From Candidatus Lustribacter sp. (GTDB taxonomy: Bacteria > Vulcanimicrobiota > Vulcanimicrobiia > Vulcanimicrobiales > Vulcanimicrobiaceae), in NCBI GenBank assembly GCA_965277805.1, contig OZ255842.1, positions 5,408,001-5,472,000 on the forward strand: DNA of 64,000 nt. Reading direction: 5' to 3'. The position numbers were made by a program, and so were the translations under genes. This document shows, in pieces, positions 17,893-27,705 of the stretch. Position 1 is the first letter of the stretch; each line of letters starts with the position of its first letter. A model generated the notes under the pieces. The model did no database searches. It was not told where the DNA came from and saw only the letters and a list, made by a program, of their open reading frames with translations.

Positions 17893-18789
17893 ATGTTCGA
17901 TGGATTCACAGAACGGCGCATCGCAACCGGCGACGCGGAACTCTACGTACGCGCCGGCGGCTCGGGTCCGCCGCTGGTCTGTTTGCACGGCTACCCGCAA
18001 TCGCACATCACGTGGAGAAAAGTTGCGCCGCTGCTGGCCGAACGTTACACCGTGGTGCTGCCCGATCTGCGCGGTTACGGTGCGAGCGAGATCGTCGCGT
18101 CCGACGACGCGCACCTCGCATACAGCAAACGCACGATGGCGCGCGACATCGTCGCGCTGATGTCGGCACTCGGGTACGAGCGTTTTTTCCTGGCCGGTCA
18201 CGATCGCGGCGCCCGCGTTGCGTACCGGCTCGCGCTCGATGCGCCCGAACGCGTCGCCGCGCTGGCGACCCTCGACATCATCCCGACGCTCGAGAATTGG
18301 GAAGCGATGGATTTCCGGCGCGCGTACGGCGCGTATCACTGGCAATTTCTTGCGCAGCCCGAACCGCTGCCGGAACGGCTGATCGGTTACGACCCGCAGT
18401 GGTATTGCCGCCAGCAGATCGGCGCGTGGCTCGAAGACCGCAACGCGACCGATGAGGCGGCACTCGATGCGTACTGCGCGGCTTTCGCACGCCCGGGCGC
18501 GGTGCACGCGGCGTGCGAGGATTACCGTGCGGGCTACACCTGCGACCTCGACGCCGACCGCGCCGACCGCGATGCCGGCAAGAAGATCACGATGCCGATG
18601 CTGGCGCTCTGGGGCGCCGGCCACGACGGTAAGCGCTCCGCGCATTTCGCCGAGGTTTGGCAACGCTGGGCGCCCGACCTGACCGCGCAAGGATTACCGT
18701 GCGGGCACTTTATGATGGAAGAGCTGCCGGCGCAAACGGCGCGCGCGCTACGCGCGTTCTTCGACGCCCGCGCCGACGGCTGGAGCTAA
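17893..18789 (+). CDS. Haloacetate (fluoroacetate-type) dehalogenase, alpha/beta hydrolase
   Basis: HGYPQ, YSKR.MA.D, GHDRGARV, YHW.F, CEDYRA, CGHF. Confidence 0.85.
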   Translation: MFDGFTERRIATGDAELYVRAGGSGPPLVCLHGYPQSHITWRKVAPLLAERYTVVLPDLRGYGASEIVASDDAHLAYSKRTMARDIVALMSALGYERFFLAGHDRGARVAYRLALDAPERVAALATLDIIPTLENWEAMDFRRAYGAYHWQFLAQPEPLPERLIGYDPQWYCRQQIGAWLEDRNATDEAALDAYCAAFARPGAVHAACEDYRAGYTCDLDADRADRDAGKKITMPMLALWGAGHDGKRSAHFAEVWQRWAPDLTAQGLPCGHFMMEELPAQTARALRAFFDARADGWS

Positions 18790-21063
18790 CGCACGATTGG
18801 CCTGCAGTTCAACGCGCGTTCCGAACGGCGTGCGTTCGACTTCGACCGCATCGGCAAACGCGCGCATCAGCGGCAGCCCGAAGCCGCGCCCTTCCACTGC
18901 CGTGTCGCCGTACCAGGTGCCGAAGTCGCGGATCTCCACCGTTACCGCGTCGTTCGTCGCGCGGCCGCGCACGCGCAGCGCGCCGGAGCCGCCGCGATAC
19001 GCGTGTTCGATCGCGTTGCCGATGGCTTCGCCGGCGGCAACCAGCAGATCGCCGATGCGCTCGGCCATGCCGGCGCCGTTGAGAAAACGCGCGATCGCGG
19101 TTCGCGCTCGCACGGCATTTTCGGGCTGGGCGGGCAGCGTCAGATCGAGCCGGTCGAGCGTCGCCGAGGCCGTGATCGCGAGCAGGGCGACGTCGTCGCG
19201 CGGCGGCGCATCGCCGAGCAGCGTGCGGTAAATTGCGCCCGCCAGATCGTCGCCGGCGTTCGCGCACGCGCGGAGAGCGGCTTCCACGCGCGTTGCTGCA
19301 TCGGCGGCGCCGTGCATTTCCACGCCGTCCGTGTAGAACACCATCGACGAACCGGGCTCGAGCCGGAAATCGAACTCTTCGTATTGCGCGTCCGGTGTAA
19401 CGCCGAGCATAGGTCCGTTCACCTGCGCATGCGAGATTTCACCATCGGGGCTGGCGATGACCGGGGCGGCGTGACCGGCGGACGCCAGACTGAGATCGAG
19501 TGAGAGCGGTTCGAGAATCGCCACCAGCGCCGACGCACGTCGCGCGCCGGATTCGCGCAGCAAGGTGTTCGCGGCGGCCAGAATCGTGGCCGGACGCGGA
19601 TCTTCGTTCGCGGCCGTGCGGATCGCGTGGCGCAGCTGCGACATCGCGACCGCCGCTTCGAGCCCGGTTCCGTCAACGTCGCCGATCGAGAGCAACATGC
19701 GCCCATCGGGCAGCGACATTGCGTCGTACCAGTCGCCGCCGGCTCGATCTTCGCGCGCGGCCGGCGCGTAGGCGACCGATAGCGTCAGCCCTTCGACGGC
19801 CGGCAGCGTGCCCGGCAAAAGCGCGCGTTGCAGGCTGCTCGTCACGTTGGGTTCGCGTTCGGCCAGCACCGCGGCATGATACGCCGTCGCCGCGCGGCCG
19901 ACGATGCGTTCGAGCAACGCGACGTCATCGCGCCCCAACTGCGGGCGCGTTTCCGCACCGCGCACGACGATTGCGCCCCGCACATCGCCGGCAACGACAA
20001 ATGGAATCACCGCCAGGGACCGGATTTGCAGCGCGGCGAGAATCATGCCGTGGCGCGGCCCGCGCGCAAACGAGGCGACGAACTCCGGCGTAACCGCCGG
20101 TTCGTAGATCGTGCGTCCCGTTGCGATCGCGCGATCGATCGGAGAGCCGTCGCCGCTGACGTGCGGAAATTCGCGCTCGAGCATCCACGCGAAGTCGCGC
20201 TTCGCGGGTTGGCGGTGCACGACGCTCTTGAGTTGGATCGCATCGTCCGCGCGCAAATACGCGAGGTACCAGTCACCCAGCGCAGGGACGATGAGGTCGC
20301 CGAGCGCGTCCAGCGTGCGGCTCGAGCGCGCGATGCCTGAGAATCGTTCGGATGCCGCCGCGAGCAGACGCCACGCGCGAATGTCGGCGTTCGCGCCGGC
20401 GTCGGACTTCTCGCGAAACGCGGAACGCCGGCGTGCCAGCGCGTCGACGCGCGCGATCAGTTCGGCGACCGTGAACGGCTTGACGAGGTAGTCGTCCACG
20501 CCCGCGCCGATTGCGGCATCCGCGGATTCGGCGGCGCCGCTGCCCGAGAGCAGCACGATCGGAATGCCGGCGGTGAGCGGGTCTTCGCGCAGGATGCGTG
20601 CCGCTTCGAAGCCGTCGATGAACGGCATACGCGCATCGCTCACGATCACGTCGGGCAGCTGCGCGCGGGCGGCGGCCACGAGGGCCGCCCCGTCGCTGAC
20701 GGTGTCGACGGCGTACTTCCCGGCCAGCATCGTGGCGAGATACGCGCGCAGATCGGCGTTGTCGTCGGCGATCAGCACGCGCAGCCGGCCGCCCGCGGCC
20801 TCGGGGGCGGGCTGTTCGGACGCCGCAGCCGCCGCCGCGGGCAGCGCGCTGCCGGCAAGAAATGCTTGCGCGACTTGCTCCACGCGCGCGGCGCTGCGGC
20901 GTGCCAATTCGATCGCCGCACGTCCGTCGACGTCGGCAATCGTCCCGGCGAGATCCTCGAGGGCAGCGGTCAGGAGCGTCCAGGGCGTGCGAAGTTCGTC
21001 CTCGATGACCCGTAAGCGATCGCCGGACGCCGCGTTCGTGCCCTCGCCGGAATCAGCGGTCAT
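18748..21063 (-). CDS. Multidomain partner-switching regulator: degenerate HisKA, REC, GAF, SpoIIE/PP2C and RsbW-like HATPase
   Basis: EDELRTPWT; ADDN..SDARMP..KPF; GGDWYD, GDV.G.G, YTDGV, DDVA; EA.GNAIEHAY..D.G..GRGFGL. Confidence 0.88.
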   Translation of the reverse strand: MTADSGEGTNAASGDRLRVIEDELRTPWTLLTAALEDLAGTIADVDGRAAIELARRSAARVEQVAQAFLAGSALPAAAAAASEQPAPEAAGGRLRVLIADDNADLRAYLATMLAGKYAVDTVSDGAALVAAARAQLPDVIVSDARMPFIDGFEAARILREDPLTAGIPIVLLSGSGAAESADAAIGAGVDDYLVKPFTVAELIARVDALARRRSAFREKSDAGANADIRAWRLLAAASERFSGIARSSRTLDALGDLIVPALGDWYLAYLRADDAIQLKSVVHRQPAKRDFAWMLEREFPHVSGDGSPIDRAIATGRTIYEPAVTPEFVASFARGPRHGMILAALQIRSLAVIPFVVAGDVRGAIVVRGAETRPQLGRDDVALLERIVGRAATAYHAAVLAEREPNVTSSLQRALLPGTLPAVEGLTLSVAYAPAAREDRAGGDWYDAMSLPDGRMLLSIGDVDGTGLEAAVAMSQLRHAIRTAANEDPRPATILAAANTLLRESGARRASALVAILEPLSLDLSLASAGHAAPVIASPDGEISHAQVNGPMLGVTPDAQYEEFDFRLEPGSSMVFYTDGVEMHGAADAATRVEAALRACANAGDDLAGAIYRTLLGDAPPRDDVALLAITASATLDRLDLTLPAQPENAVRARTAIARFLNGAGMAERIGDLLVAAGEAIGNAIEHAYRGGSGALRVRGRATNDAVTVEIRDFGTWYGDTAVEGRGFGLPLMRAFADAVEVERTPFGTRVELQANRALAPAVGAGVEERA

Positions 21064-21125
21064 GCAAGACGGCAATCCCCCGAGCAACGGAAAAGCGAGC
21101 GGTCCGCGGGACCGCCGAGTGCGCC

Positions 21126-21151
21126 TTTCCCGCGCAGGCTAACCCCTAAAC
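21126..21151 (-). promoter_or_regulatory. SigB-type promoter candidate GTTTAG-N14-GGGAAA
   Basis: Matches the SigB consensus GTTTAA-N12-14-GGG(A/T)A(A/T), upstream of the PP2C/anti-sigma gene. Confidence 0.5.
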
Positions 21152-21589
21152 GTACGGCGGAGATTTCACCATGTGCTGGTCGCGGTGCTCGTAGCCGTTG
21201 CTCTCGTAGAATTGCGGCGCGGGTTCGTGCGTGCCGCCGCTGGTCACTTCGATTTGGCTCGCGCGGCGCTGCGCGGCGAACGATTCGGCGGTCGAGAGCA
21301 GCAATTTGCCGACGCCTTTGCGGCGATGGTGCGCGCCGACCACGAGCGAGGTGATCCGGCCGATCATCGCGTCGGCGTGAAAGAGCGGGAACACGTGGAC
21401 GCTGACCACGCCGATCACGCTCTCGGCCGACTCCGCCACGAATACCGCATCGTCGGCGCGATCGCCCACCAGCTGCAAGCGGCTGAGGATGAAGCTCGGG
21501 TGCGTGGAGTAGCCGAGTTCACCGAGCAAGTCGGCGATTTTGGGCGCATCGGAGTCAACGGCGCGGCGGACGGCGGGGACGCTAATCAC
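21146..21589 (-). CDS. GNAT N-acetyltransferase
   Basis: RRAVDSDA..I..LL.ELGY..ITSLVV...RRKGVGK.LL..FYESNGY; GTG start at 21589. Confidence 0.85.
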   Translation of the reverse strand: MISVPAVRRAVDSDAPKIADLLGELGYSTHPSFILSRLQLVGDRADDAVFVAESAESVIGVVSVHVFPLFHADAMIGRITSLVVGAHHRRKGVGKLLLSTAESFAAQRRASQIEVTSGGTHEPAPQFYESNGYEHRDQHMVKSPPYV

Positions 21590-21666
21590 GACGGACCACC
21601 TTCGCCCGCCACAATAGCGAGCCTGTCCCCGGGATCGGGGCGCGTTGTGGCAAACAGTGGACGCCG

Positions 21667-22068
21667 ATGGATCAGTCGCCGCGCCACTTTCACGCGAACG
21701 AACGTTTTTTTGTCGAGATCGCCTTCGAGGGCCCGTTGCCCGAGGGCGCCGAACCGGCAGCGGAATTCGCGGGTCCGCTCGGTCCCGGCGGACCGGCTCT
21801 GACGTTTTGGACGCACCAAGTCGGCCCGGCCGAAAACGCGGATGGCGACCGCAGCCGCGTGCGCGTGATCGGCAAGATCCCGGAAGAAGCTCCGCCCGGC
21901 ATGTACCGGATGACGCACCTCGAGATCCGCTGGGCCGCGGAGATGCCGCTCTCATGGGAGTCCGTGGGCGTCCCTCTCAAGGGCCTCGGCCGCGACGTGC
22001 TGATCTCTGTCGACGTCGCCGCGGCGCGTTCGCAGCCGCCGATCCCGCGGGTCGTTAACGCGGGGTGA
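21667..22068 (+). CDS. Hypothetical protein (beta-rich, possibly Ig-like)
   Basis: Fills the gap between neighbours with plausible codon usage; no recognisable motif. Confidence 0.55.
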   Translation: MDQSPRHFHANERFFVEIAFEGPLPEGAEPAAEFAGPLGPGGPALTFWTHQVGPAENADGDRSRVRVIGKIPEEAPPGMYRMTHLEIRWAAEMPLSWESVGVPLKGLGRDVLISVDVAAARSQPPIPRVVNAG

Positions 22069-22123
22069 ATTCTCAGCCGCTTTAGCAGCGTTCGCCCAGC
22101 CGGGCGTGCTATCTCGTCGTGGT

Positions 22124-22567
22124 ATGACGATCCAAGTTTCAATCCGGCGCACCATAGCGTGTGCCCTCATCCTCGGTGCCGCGCTCGCAACGGCACCACG
22201 TGCGGCGCGCGCGGACGTATCGATCGACGCCGGTGCGGCCGTCACGGGCAGTTCCGCGAATTTCGCGGGCGCGCTCTCACTCGGCGTCTTCAATGCGCCC
22301 CTGGTGCCGCTGGCCGCGGAACTGACCGCGATCGCCCCCGCGAACGGCGGCTTCGCCACGACCTTCGATGCCCGGTTCTCGGTCGCTGGAACGGCCATTG
22401 GCGCCGGTGCCGGCGTCGGCACCCTCGGCGCGCTGCATCAGACCGGCATGATCTACGACGGCATCTTGGCGCACCGGATCGCCCCGCACACCGCGTTGGA
22501 GGCGCGCCTATATTTCGGGCCGCAGCGGCCGTCGACGTTTTTCGGCGGCGTACGCTTCTCGCTGTGA
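22124..22567 (+). CDS. Secreted hypothetical protein, possible small outer-membrane beta-barrel
   Basis: Signal peptide ending ARA; alternating beta pattern; C-terminus GGVRFSL. Confidence 0.65.
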   Translation: MTIQVSIRRTIACALILGAALATAPRAARADVSIDAGAAVTGSSANFAGALSLGVFNAPLVPLAAELTAIAPANGGFATTFDARFSVAGTAIGAGAGVGTLGALHQTGMIYDGILAHRIAPHTALEARLYFGPQRPSTFFGGVRFSL

Positions 22568-22622
22568 GCCGATTCCAGGGGCCGGAAAAGGAACCGAGCC
22601 CCTAATCGCAGATTCTTGCTTG

Positions 22623-22814
22623 ATGTTCCCATACGAGTCGGGGAATTTGATCCGCTGCGAGTGCGGCCATCCGGTCGGCCAGCACACGGACGCGGGCTGC
22701 TCGGGCGGCCCGCAATCTTGCCGCTGTCAAAAGACGCCGTCCGCCATCGTGCTTGACGAGATCGCTCTCCTGCGCCCGGAGTGGCTCCAAACGAAGGTTA
22801 CCGCGCTCCCTTAG
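22623..22814 (+). CDS. Small Cys/His-rich putative metal-binding protein
   Basis: RCECGHPVGQH...GC......CRC pattern in 63 aa. Confidence 0.6.
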   Translation: MFPYESGNLIRCECGHPVGQHTDAGCSGGPQSCRCQKTPSAIVLDEIALLRPEWLQTKVTALP

Positions 22815-23272
22815 GTCGAGAAGCGGGCGTTCCCGGCGATTTTGGCGTACGGCGCGCAGCCGTTCTGGGCGAGGTCGTCCAGGGCGATCGTGTAGTGCCG
22901 TTTGGCGTGGAGATTCAAGGCCGGGGCGCGGTAGTACACGGGATTAGCCCAGGTGCTGGGCGCGGCGTGGATGGGCTTCGCAGTGCGTTCCAGCGGACTG
23001 CCCACGGTGGCCGTTCCCTTGGCGCTGACGGCCACGGCCGTCACGGTCTTGGGCAGGTCGCGCGAGGCGACCAGCACGATCGGCGCGGCGCCGGCTGCCA
23101 CGCCCGTGCTGCCGGGCGCCGGCGAGAGCAGCGCCACGTCCGTGCCGTAGGGCAGCGAGCACGGCAGGTTCGGGGTGGCCATCCCGGCGCTCGGAACGGG
23201 GGAGGCCTCAACCCTGCTGCAGCCGGCAAGGGCGAGCGCCGCCAGAACGAGCACGGCGATCGAGCGGAACAT
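22811..23272 (-). CDS. Hypothetical lipoprotein (Ig-like domain)
   Basis: MFRSIAVLVLAALALAGC lipobox; LLSPAPGSTGV resembles an Ig-like N-terminus. Confidence 0.7.
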   Translation of the reverse strand: MFRSIAVLVLAALALAGCSRVEASPVPSAGMATPNLPCSLPYGTDVALLSPAPGSTGVAAGAAPIVLVASRDLPKTVTAVAVSAKGTATVGSPLERTAKPIHAAPSTWANPVYYRAPALNLHAKRHYTIALDDLAQNGCAPYAKIAGNARFST

Positions 23273-23334
23273 AGTATCTAGGAAACGCCGTTTAGCTGGC
23301 AGGCGTGCCGGACTCAGCCAACTTTTAGGTTCTG

Positions 23335-24615
23335 TTAATCGGAACGGCCCAGATCGAAGAGCGACGGCATGCCGCCGCTGGCGATGATCGCCGCGCACAG
23401 CTTGCGCGCCTCGTCGAGCGGCACGCGGTCCTTGCGCACGAAAAGCTTGCGCCAGTAGGCCTTACCGCTGAGCTTTCCGATCAAATCGGAGGCTTGCCGG
23501 GCGTCGACGATGCGGCCGGTGACGTGCACCCGCACCGTGGGTTTGTCCTCATCGCCGCCGAGCGGCAAGCGGTGCAGCAGTTGCTCTTGGGAATCGCTCC
23601 ACACCGCATCGCCGTACGCCGAACGCAATTCGCGCTCGCACGCTTCGTACGTCACGAGATCGCGTTCGGCGTTGAACTCGGCGGCGAGGCCGTAGACGGT
23701 CACGCGCTCGCGCAATCCGTGAGCTGCTTCGGAATTCGACGTGCGCATCGCATCGACGACTCGAAAGTCGTCCCAGGCGAGAAACTCGTCGATCGGTTCC
23801 AGGGCCGTCGGATCGGGCCACAGTTCTTCGAGGCCCGCGCGCAGGACGCGCTCGAACGCGCGCGTTGTGTGGTGAAAATAGATCGTTGCGAACATCCAGT
23901 AGCGCGCCAGCACGAAGCTCTCCAGCGCCACCACGCCGCGTCCGTCGACGCCGAGCTCCTGACGTCCGTCGTGATCGAACACGCGCAGCGATGCGATCAG
24001 TTGCTCCGCGTCGTAGCGTCCGTTCACGACGCCGGTGAAGTAGGCATCGCGCAACAGATAGTCCATGCGGTCGGCATCGAGATTAGGTCCCGAGACGAGT
24101 TCGCGCAAGACCGGATAGCGCGTCGAGGTGCCGGTGATCAGCGCCAGCACCTCGTTTGCATCTACGTCGATCGCTGCCAGCGCGCCGGCGATTTCCTCGC
24201 GGGCGAGGATGCGTTCGGTGCGCGCTTCGTGGCGGATGCCGAGGACGGATTCGCAGGCGTGGCTGAACGGGCCGTGGCCGACGTCGTGCAGCAGCAGACT
24301 GGCGCGCAGCAAGCGCCGCTGATCGGCGTAATCGCGCTCGGAGGTGAAGGTGCCGGGAGAATAATCTTTGATCGCCTCAAGCGCGCGCGTCCCGATTGCC
24401 AGCGCGCCGAGAGCGTGCGTGAAGCGCGAGTGTTCGGCTGAGGGAAATGCCAGGTACGCGAGCCCGAGTTGCCGGAGCCGCCGCAAGCGCTGTACCGCCG
24501 GCGCCTCGAGCAGCGCGACTTCGCCGGCGTCGAGTTCGATGAACCGGTGGATCGGATCGAAAATCTGCTTGCCCTTGGCCACGGGTTGCACTTCGTCGCT
24601 AAGGGAGGGTCCCAT
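23335..24615 (-). CDS. HD-domain phosphohydrolase, YwfO/SAMHD1-like dNTPase family
   Basis: DPIH, QRLRRLRQLG, HSRFTH, LLHDVGHGPFSH, DADRMDYL.RD, IYFH; alternative start GTG 24582. Confidence 0.9.
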   Translation of the reverse strand: MGPSLSDEVQPVAKGKQIFDPIHRFIELDAGEVALLEAPAVQRLRRLRQLGLAYLAFPSAEHSRFTHALGALAIGTRALEAIKDYSPGTFTSERDYADQRRLLRASLLLHDVGHGPFSHACESVLGIRHEARTERILAREEIAGALAAIDVDANEVLALITGTSTRYPVLRELVSGPNLDADRMDYLLRDAYFTGVVNGRYDAEQLIASLRVFDHDGRQELGVDGRGVVALESFVLARYWMFATIYFHHTTRAFERVLRAGLEELWPDPTALEPIDEFLAWDDFRVVDAMRTSNSEAAHGLRERVTVYGLAAEFNAERDLVTYEACERELRSAYGDAVWSDSQEQLLHRLPLGGDEDKPTVRVHVTGRIVDARQASDLIGKLSGKAYWRKLFVRKDRVPLDEARKLCAAIIASGGMPSLFDLGRSD

Positions 24616-24638
24616 GCGGCGTGTCGAACTGGTGTACG

Positions 24639-26432
24639 GTGCGGATCGACGACGGCGTAAAGCGGGATATCCTCGCTCGCACCGACATCGGTGAGGTGAT
24701 CGGCGCGGTCGTATCCTTGCGAAAGCGCGGCAACGACCTGGTGGGGTTGTGCCCGTTTCACGGCGAGAAGACGCCGTCGTTTCACGTCCATCCGGATCGC
24801 GGCTTCTTCAAGTGTTTCGGCTGCGATGCGGCCGGTGACGTCATCCGTTTCGTGCAGCTGCACGACAACCTCAACTTCGTGGACGCGATGCGCGTGCTGG
24901 CGAAACGTGCCGGCATCCAGCTCGAAAACGAAGACCCGGCGACCGCGCGCGTGCGCAGCGAAAAAGAAGCGATCTATCACGCCAACGACGTCGCGGCGCG
25001 CTTTTTTCACCGCATGCTTACCTCGGAAGCGGAAGGAGAAAAAGGCCGCCGTTACTGCGCCGAACGCGGCATCAGCGCCGAATCGATCGCGCAGTTCAAA
25101 CTCGGCTTCGCACCCGAGCGCTGGGATGGACTCGTCTCGGAATTGCAGCGGGAAGGCGTCGACGGCGCGCTAGCGGCCGTCGCCGGGTTGGTGAAGCAAG
25201 GTCAGCGCGGCTACTACGATTTCTACCGCGACCGGCTGATGATTCCGACGCACGCCGTAACCGGCGAAACGATCGCATTCGGCGGCCGCTTGATCGGCCA
25301 AGGCGAACCGAAATATCTCAACACGACCACGACTCCGGTGTACACGAAGGGGCGGTTCCTGTTCGCGCTCGGCATCGCGCGGCGGTCGGCGCAGCGCGAG
25401 GGCAACATCGTGGTCGTCGAGGGCTACCTCGACTGCATCGCGCTGCACCAGGCCGGGATTACGAACGCCGTGGCCTCGCTCGGAACGGCGTTCGGCCCCG
25501 AGCAAGCGCGCGAGTTGCGCAAGGCCACGGAAAACGTGTTCATCTGCTTCGACGGCGACGCCGCGGGCCAGGCCGCCGCCGCCAAATCGATCGACACCCT
25601 CGTCAACGAGGGGCTGGCCGCGCGCATCGTGCAGTTGCCGGCGGGCGAGGATCCCGATAGCTACGTGCGGGCGCATGGCGCCGAGGGCTTCCGCGCACGC
25701 TTGAACGACGCGATCCCGTGGATTCAGTTTAAGATCGACCGCCGGATCGGCGAGATTCGCGCCGGCTTCAAGAGCCGCGCCCAAATCGCGCGCGAAGCGG
25801 AGATCCTCGTGCGGACGCTCCCGCGCGCCGAGTGGGACCACTGGCGCACCTACGCTGCACCGCAACTGGGGGTCGACGTCGAAGATCTACGCAAGGCGCG
25901 CCTCCAGATCACCGACGGCGCCCGGCTAGAATACGGCGAGGGGCAGATGATCGACGTCCGGCGCTCCGACAAGATCCGGCCCGGTTCGGTCGCGGCGCCC
26001 TCGTGGGAGACGTCGTGCCTGGCGATCTTTGTCTCAGAGCCGGGCTTGGTGGCCGAATACGCCGATCGCATCGCGCCCGAGCGCTTCGGCGAACCATCCT
26101 TAAGGCGGATTTATGCTCGCATGCGCGAGCAAGCGGACGCGCTTCTGCAACCAGCCGATGTCTTTGCGCTGTTTAGCGACGATGGTGACGTGTCTGCGGC
26201 TCTCGCATCAATTGCGGGTGCCGAGCGCTCGCGAATCATCCGTTTTGCCGACCCCGAGGCGCGCCGCGCGTATCTCGATCGGACGATCGAGCGTTTCGCT
26301 GCGGACGATCGGCACCGGCGCTTCCGCGAGCTCGACGCGCAGATGACGGCCCTGTTTGAATCCGGCCAGCCGGTGCCTCAGGAACTGCGGGAAGAGCACA
26401 GTGCGCTCCACACGGCCCGAACCAAAGGATGA
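24639..26432 (+). CDS. dnaG: DNA primase
   Basis: GLCPFHGEKTPSF..CFGC zinc finger, FGGR, PKYLN, VVEGYLD, FDGDAAG, DPD; directly upstream of rpoD. Confidence 0.97.
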   Translation: MRIDDGVKRDILARTDIGEVIGAVVSLRKRGNDLVGLCPFHGEKTPSFHVHPDRGFFKCFGCDAAGDVIRFVQLHDNLNFVDAMRVLAKRAGIQLENEDPATARVRSEKEAIYHANDVAARFFHRMLTSEAEGEKGRRYCAERGISAESIAQFKLGFAPERWDGLVSELQREGVDGALAAVAGLVKQGQRGYYDFYRDRLMIPTHAVTGETIAFGGRLIGQGEPKYLNTTTTPVYTKGRFLFALGIARRSAQREGNIVVVEGYLDCIALHQAGITNAVASLGTAFGPEQARELRKATENVFICFDGDAAGQAAAAKSIDTLVNEGLAARIVQLPAGEDPDSYVRAHGAEGFRARLNDAIPWIQFKIDRRIGEIRAGFKSRAQIAREAEILVRTLPRAEWDHWRTYAAPQLGVDVEDLRKARLQITDGARLEYGEGQMIDVRRSDKIRPGSVAAPSWETSCLAIFVSEPGLVAEYADRIAPERFGEPSLRRIYARMREQADALLQPADVFALFSDDGDVSAALASIAGAERSRIIRFADPEARRAYLDRTIERFAADDRHRRFRELDAQMTALFESGQPVPQELREEHSALHTARTKG

Positions 26433-26499
26433 CCCCGCCACCGGGCCACCGAAACGGCGAGGTCCAGCATTATATCAGGAAAGGGGGTGAGAGAAAAGT

Positions 26500-27660
26500 A
26501 TGGCACGCAAAAAAGCCGCAACCGCTACGGTTGACGCGCCGCAAGTTCCGCTAGAGGAACAGATCAAGAAACTGCTCGACCGCGGGAAGAAGCGCGGTTC
26601 GCTGACCTATGAGGAAGTGAACGCGGTTTTCGACAACGTCGAAGACGTCACGCCAGAACGCGTCGACGAACTGTTCGAAGAGATTTCGACGCTCGGTATC
26701 GAGGTCGTCGAGGAACTGGCCAAAGAAGAGAAGCCGGAAGCCGAGGCCGAGGAGGTCCCGATGCCGGCCGGGCTCGCGCTCGACGATCCGGTTCGGATGT
26801 ATCTCAAGGAGATCGGCCGCGTGCCGCTCTTGTCGATGGACGATGAGAAGCGCCTGGCAATGGCGATCGAGGCCGGCGAGAACGAAGCTCCCAAGAACGG
26901 CACGGCCAACAACGCGATCGTCTTTGCAGGCGAAGACGCGAAGCGCCGCCTGACCGAAGCCAATCTACGGCTCGTCGTATCGATTGCGAAGAAGTACGTT
27001 GGCCGCGGCATGCTTTTCCTCGACCTCATTCAGGAAGGTAACCTGGGGCTGATCCGCGCCGTCGAAAAATTCGACTACCGCAAGGGTTACAAATTCTCGA
27101 CCTACGCGACGTGGTGGATTCGTCAAGCGATCACCCGCGCGCTGGCCGATCAGGCACGCACGATCCGCATCCCGGTGCACATGGTCGAAACGATCAACCG
27201 GCTGATCAAGATTTCGCGCCAACTGCTGCAAGAATTGGGCCGCGACCCGACGGTCGAAGAGATCGCGGGCGAAATGGGCCTTACTCCGGAGAAGGTGCGC
27301 GAAGTCATCAAGATTTCGCAAGAACCGATCTCGCTCGAAACGCCGATCGGCGAAGAAGAAGATTCGCATCTCGGCGACTTCATCGAAGATCAGGAAGCGA
27401 TCGCGCCGGCCGAGGCCGCGAGCGTCATGCTGCTCAAAGAGAAGATGCAGGACGTGCTCAAGAACCTCACCGAGCGCGAACGCAAGGTCTTGGTCTTGCG
27501 CTTTGGTCTCGAAGACGGCCACCAGCGCACGCTCGAGGAAGTCGGCCAAGAATTCGGCGTCACGCGCGAACGCATCCGCCAAATCGAAGCCAAAGCACTG
27601 CGCAAACTGCGACATCCGAGCCGCGGTAAAGCCCTAAAAGACTACTGGTCCAACGAATAA
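26500..27660 (+). CDS. rpoD: Primary RNA polymerase sigma factor
   Basis: [61 protein letters not shown]. Confidence 0.98.
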   Translation: MARKKAATATVDAPQVPLEEQIKKLLDRGKKRGSLTYEEVNAVFDNVEDVTPERVDELFEEISTLGIEVVEELAKEEKPEAEAEEVPMPAGLALDDPVRMYLKEIGRVPLLSMDDEKRLAMAIEAGENEAPKNGTANNAIVFAGEDAKRRLTEANLRLVVSIAKKYVGRGMLFLDLIQEGNLGLIRAVEKFDYRKGYKFSTYATWWIRQAITRALADQARTIRIPVHMVETINRLIKISRQLLQELGRDPTVEEIAGEMGLTPEKVREVIKISQEPISLETPIGEEEDSHLGDFIEDQEAIAPAEAASVMLLKEKMQDVLKNLTERERKVLVLRFGLEDGHQRTLEEVGQEFGVTRERIRQIEAKALRKLRHPSRGKALKDYWSNE

Positions 27661-27695
27661 AACGAGCCGCAATCAGAGCGGCTCGGTTTTTTTTT
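27661..27695 (+). terminator. Rho-independent terminator after rpoD (possibly bidirectional)
   Basis: Stem CGAGCCGC/GCGGCTCG with a 7-nt loop followed by a T run; A run upstream. Confidence 0.9.
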
Positions 27696-27705
27696 GACGA
27701 GGGCG

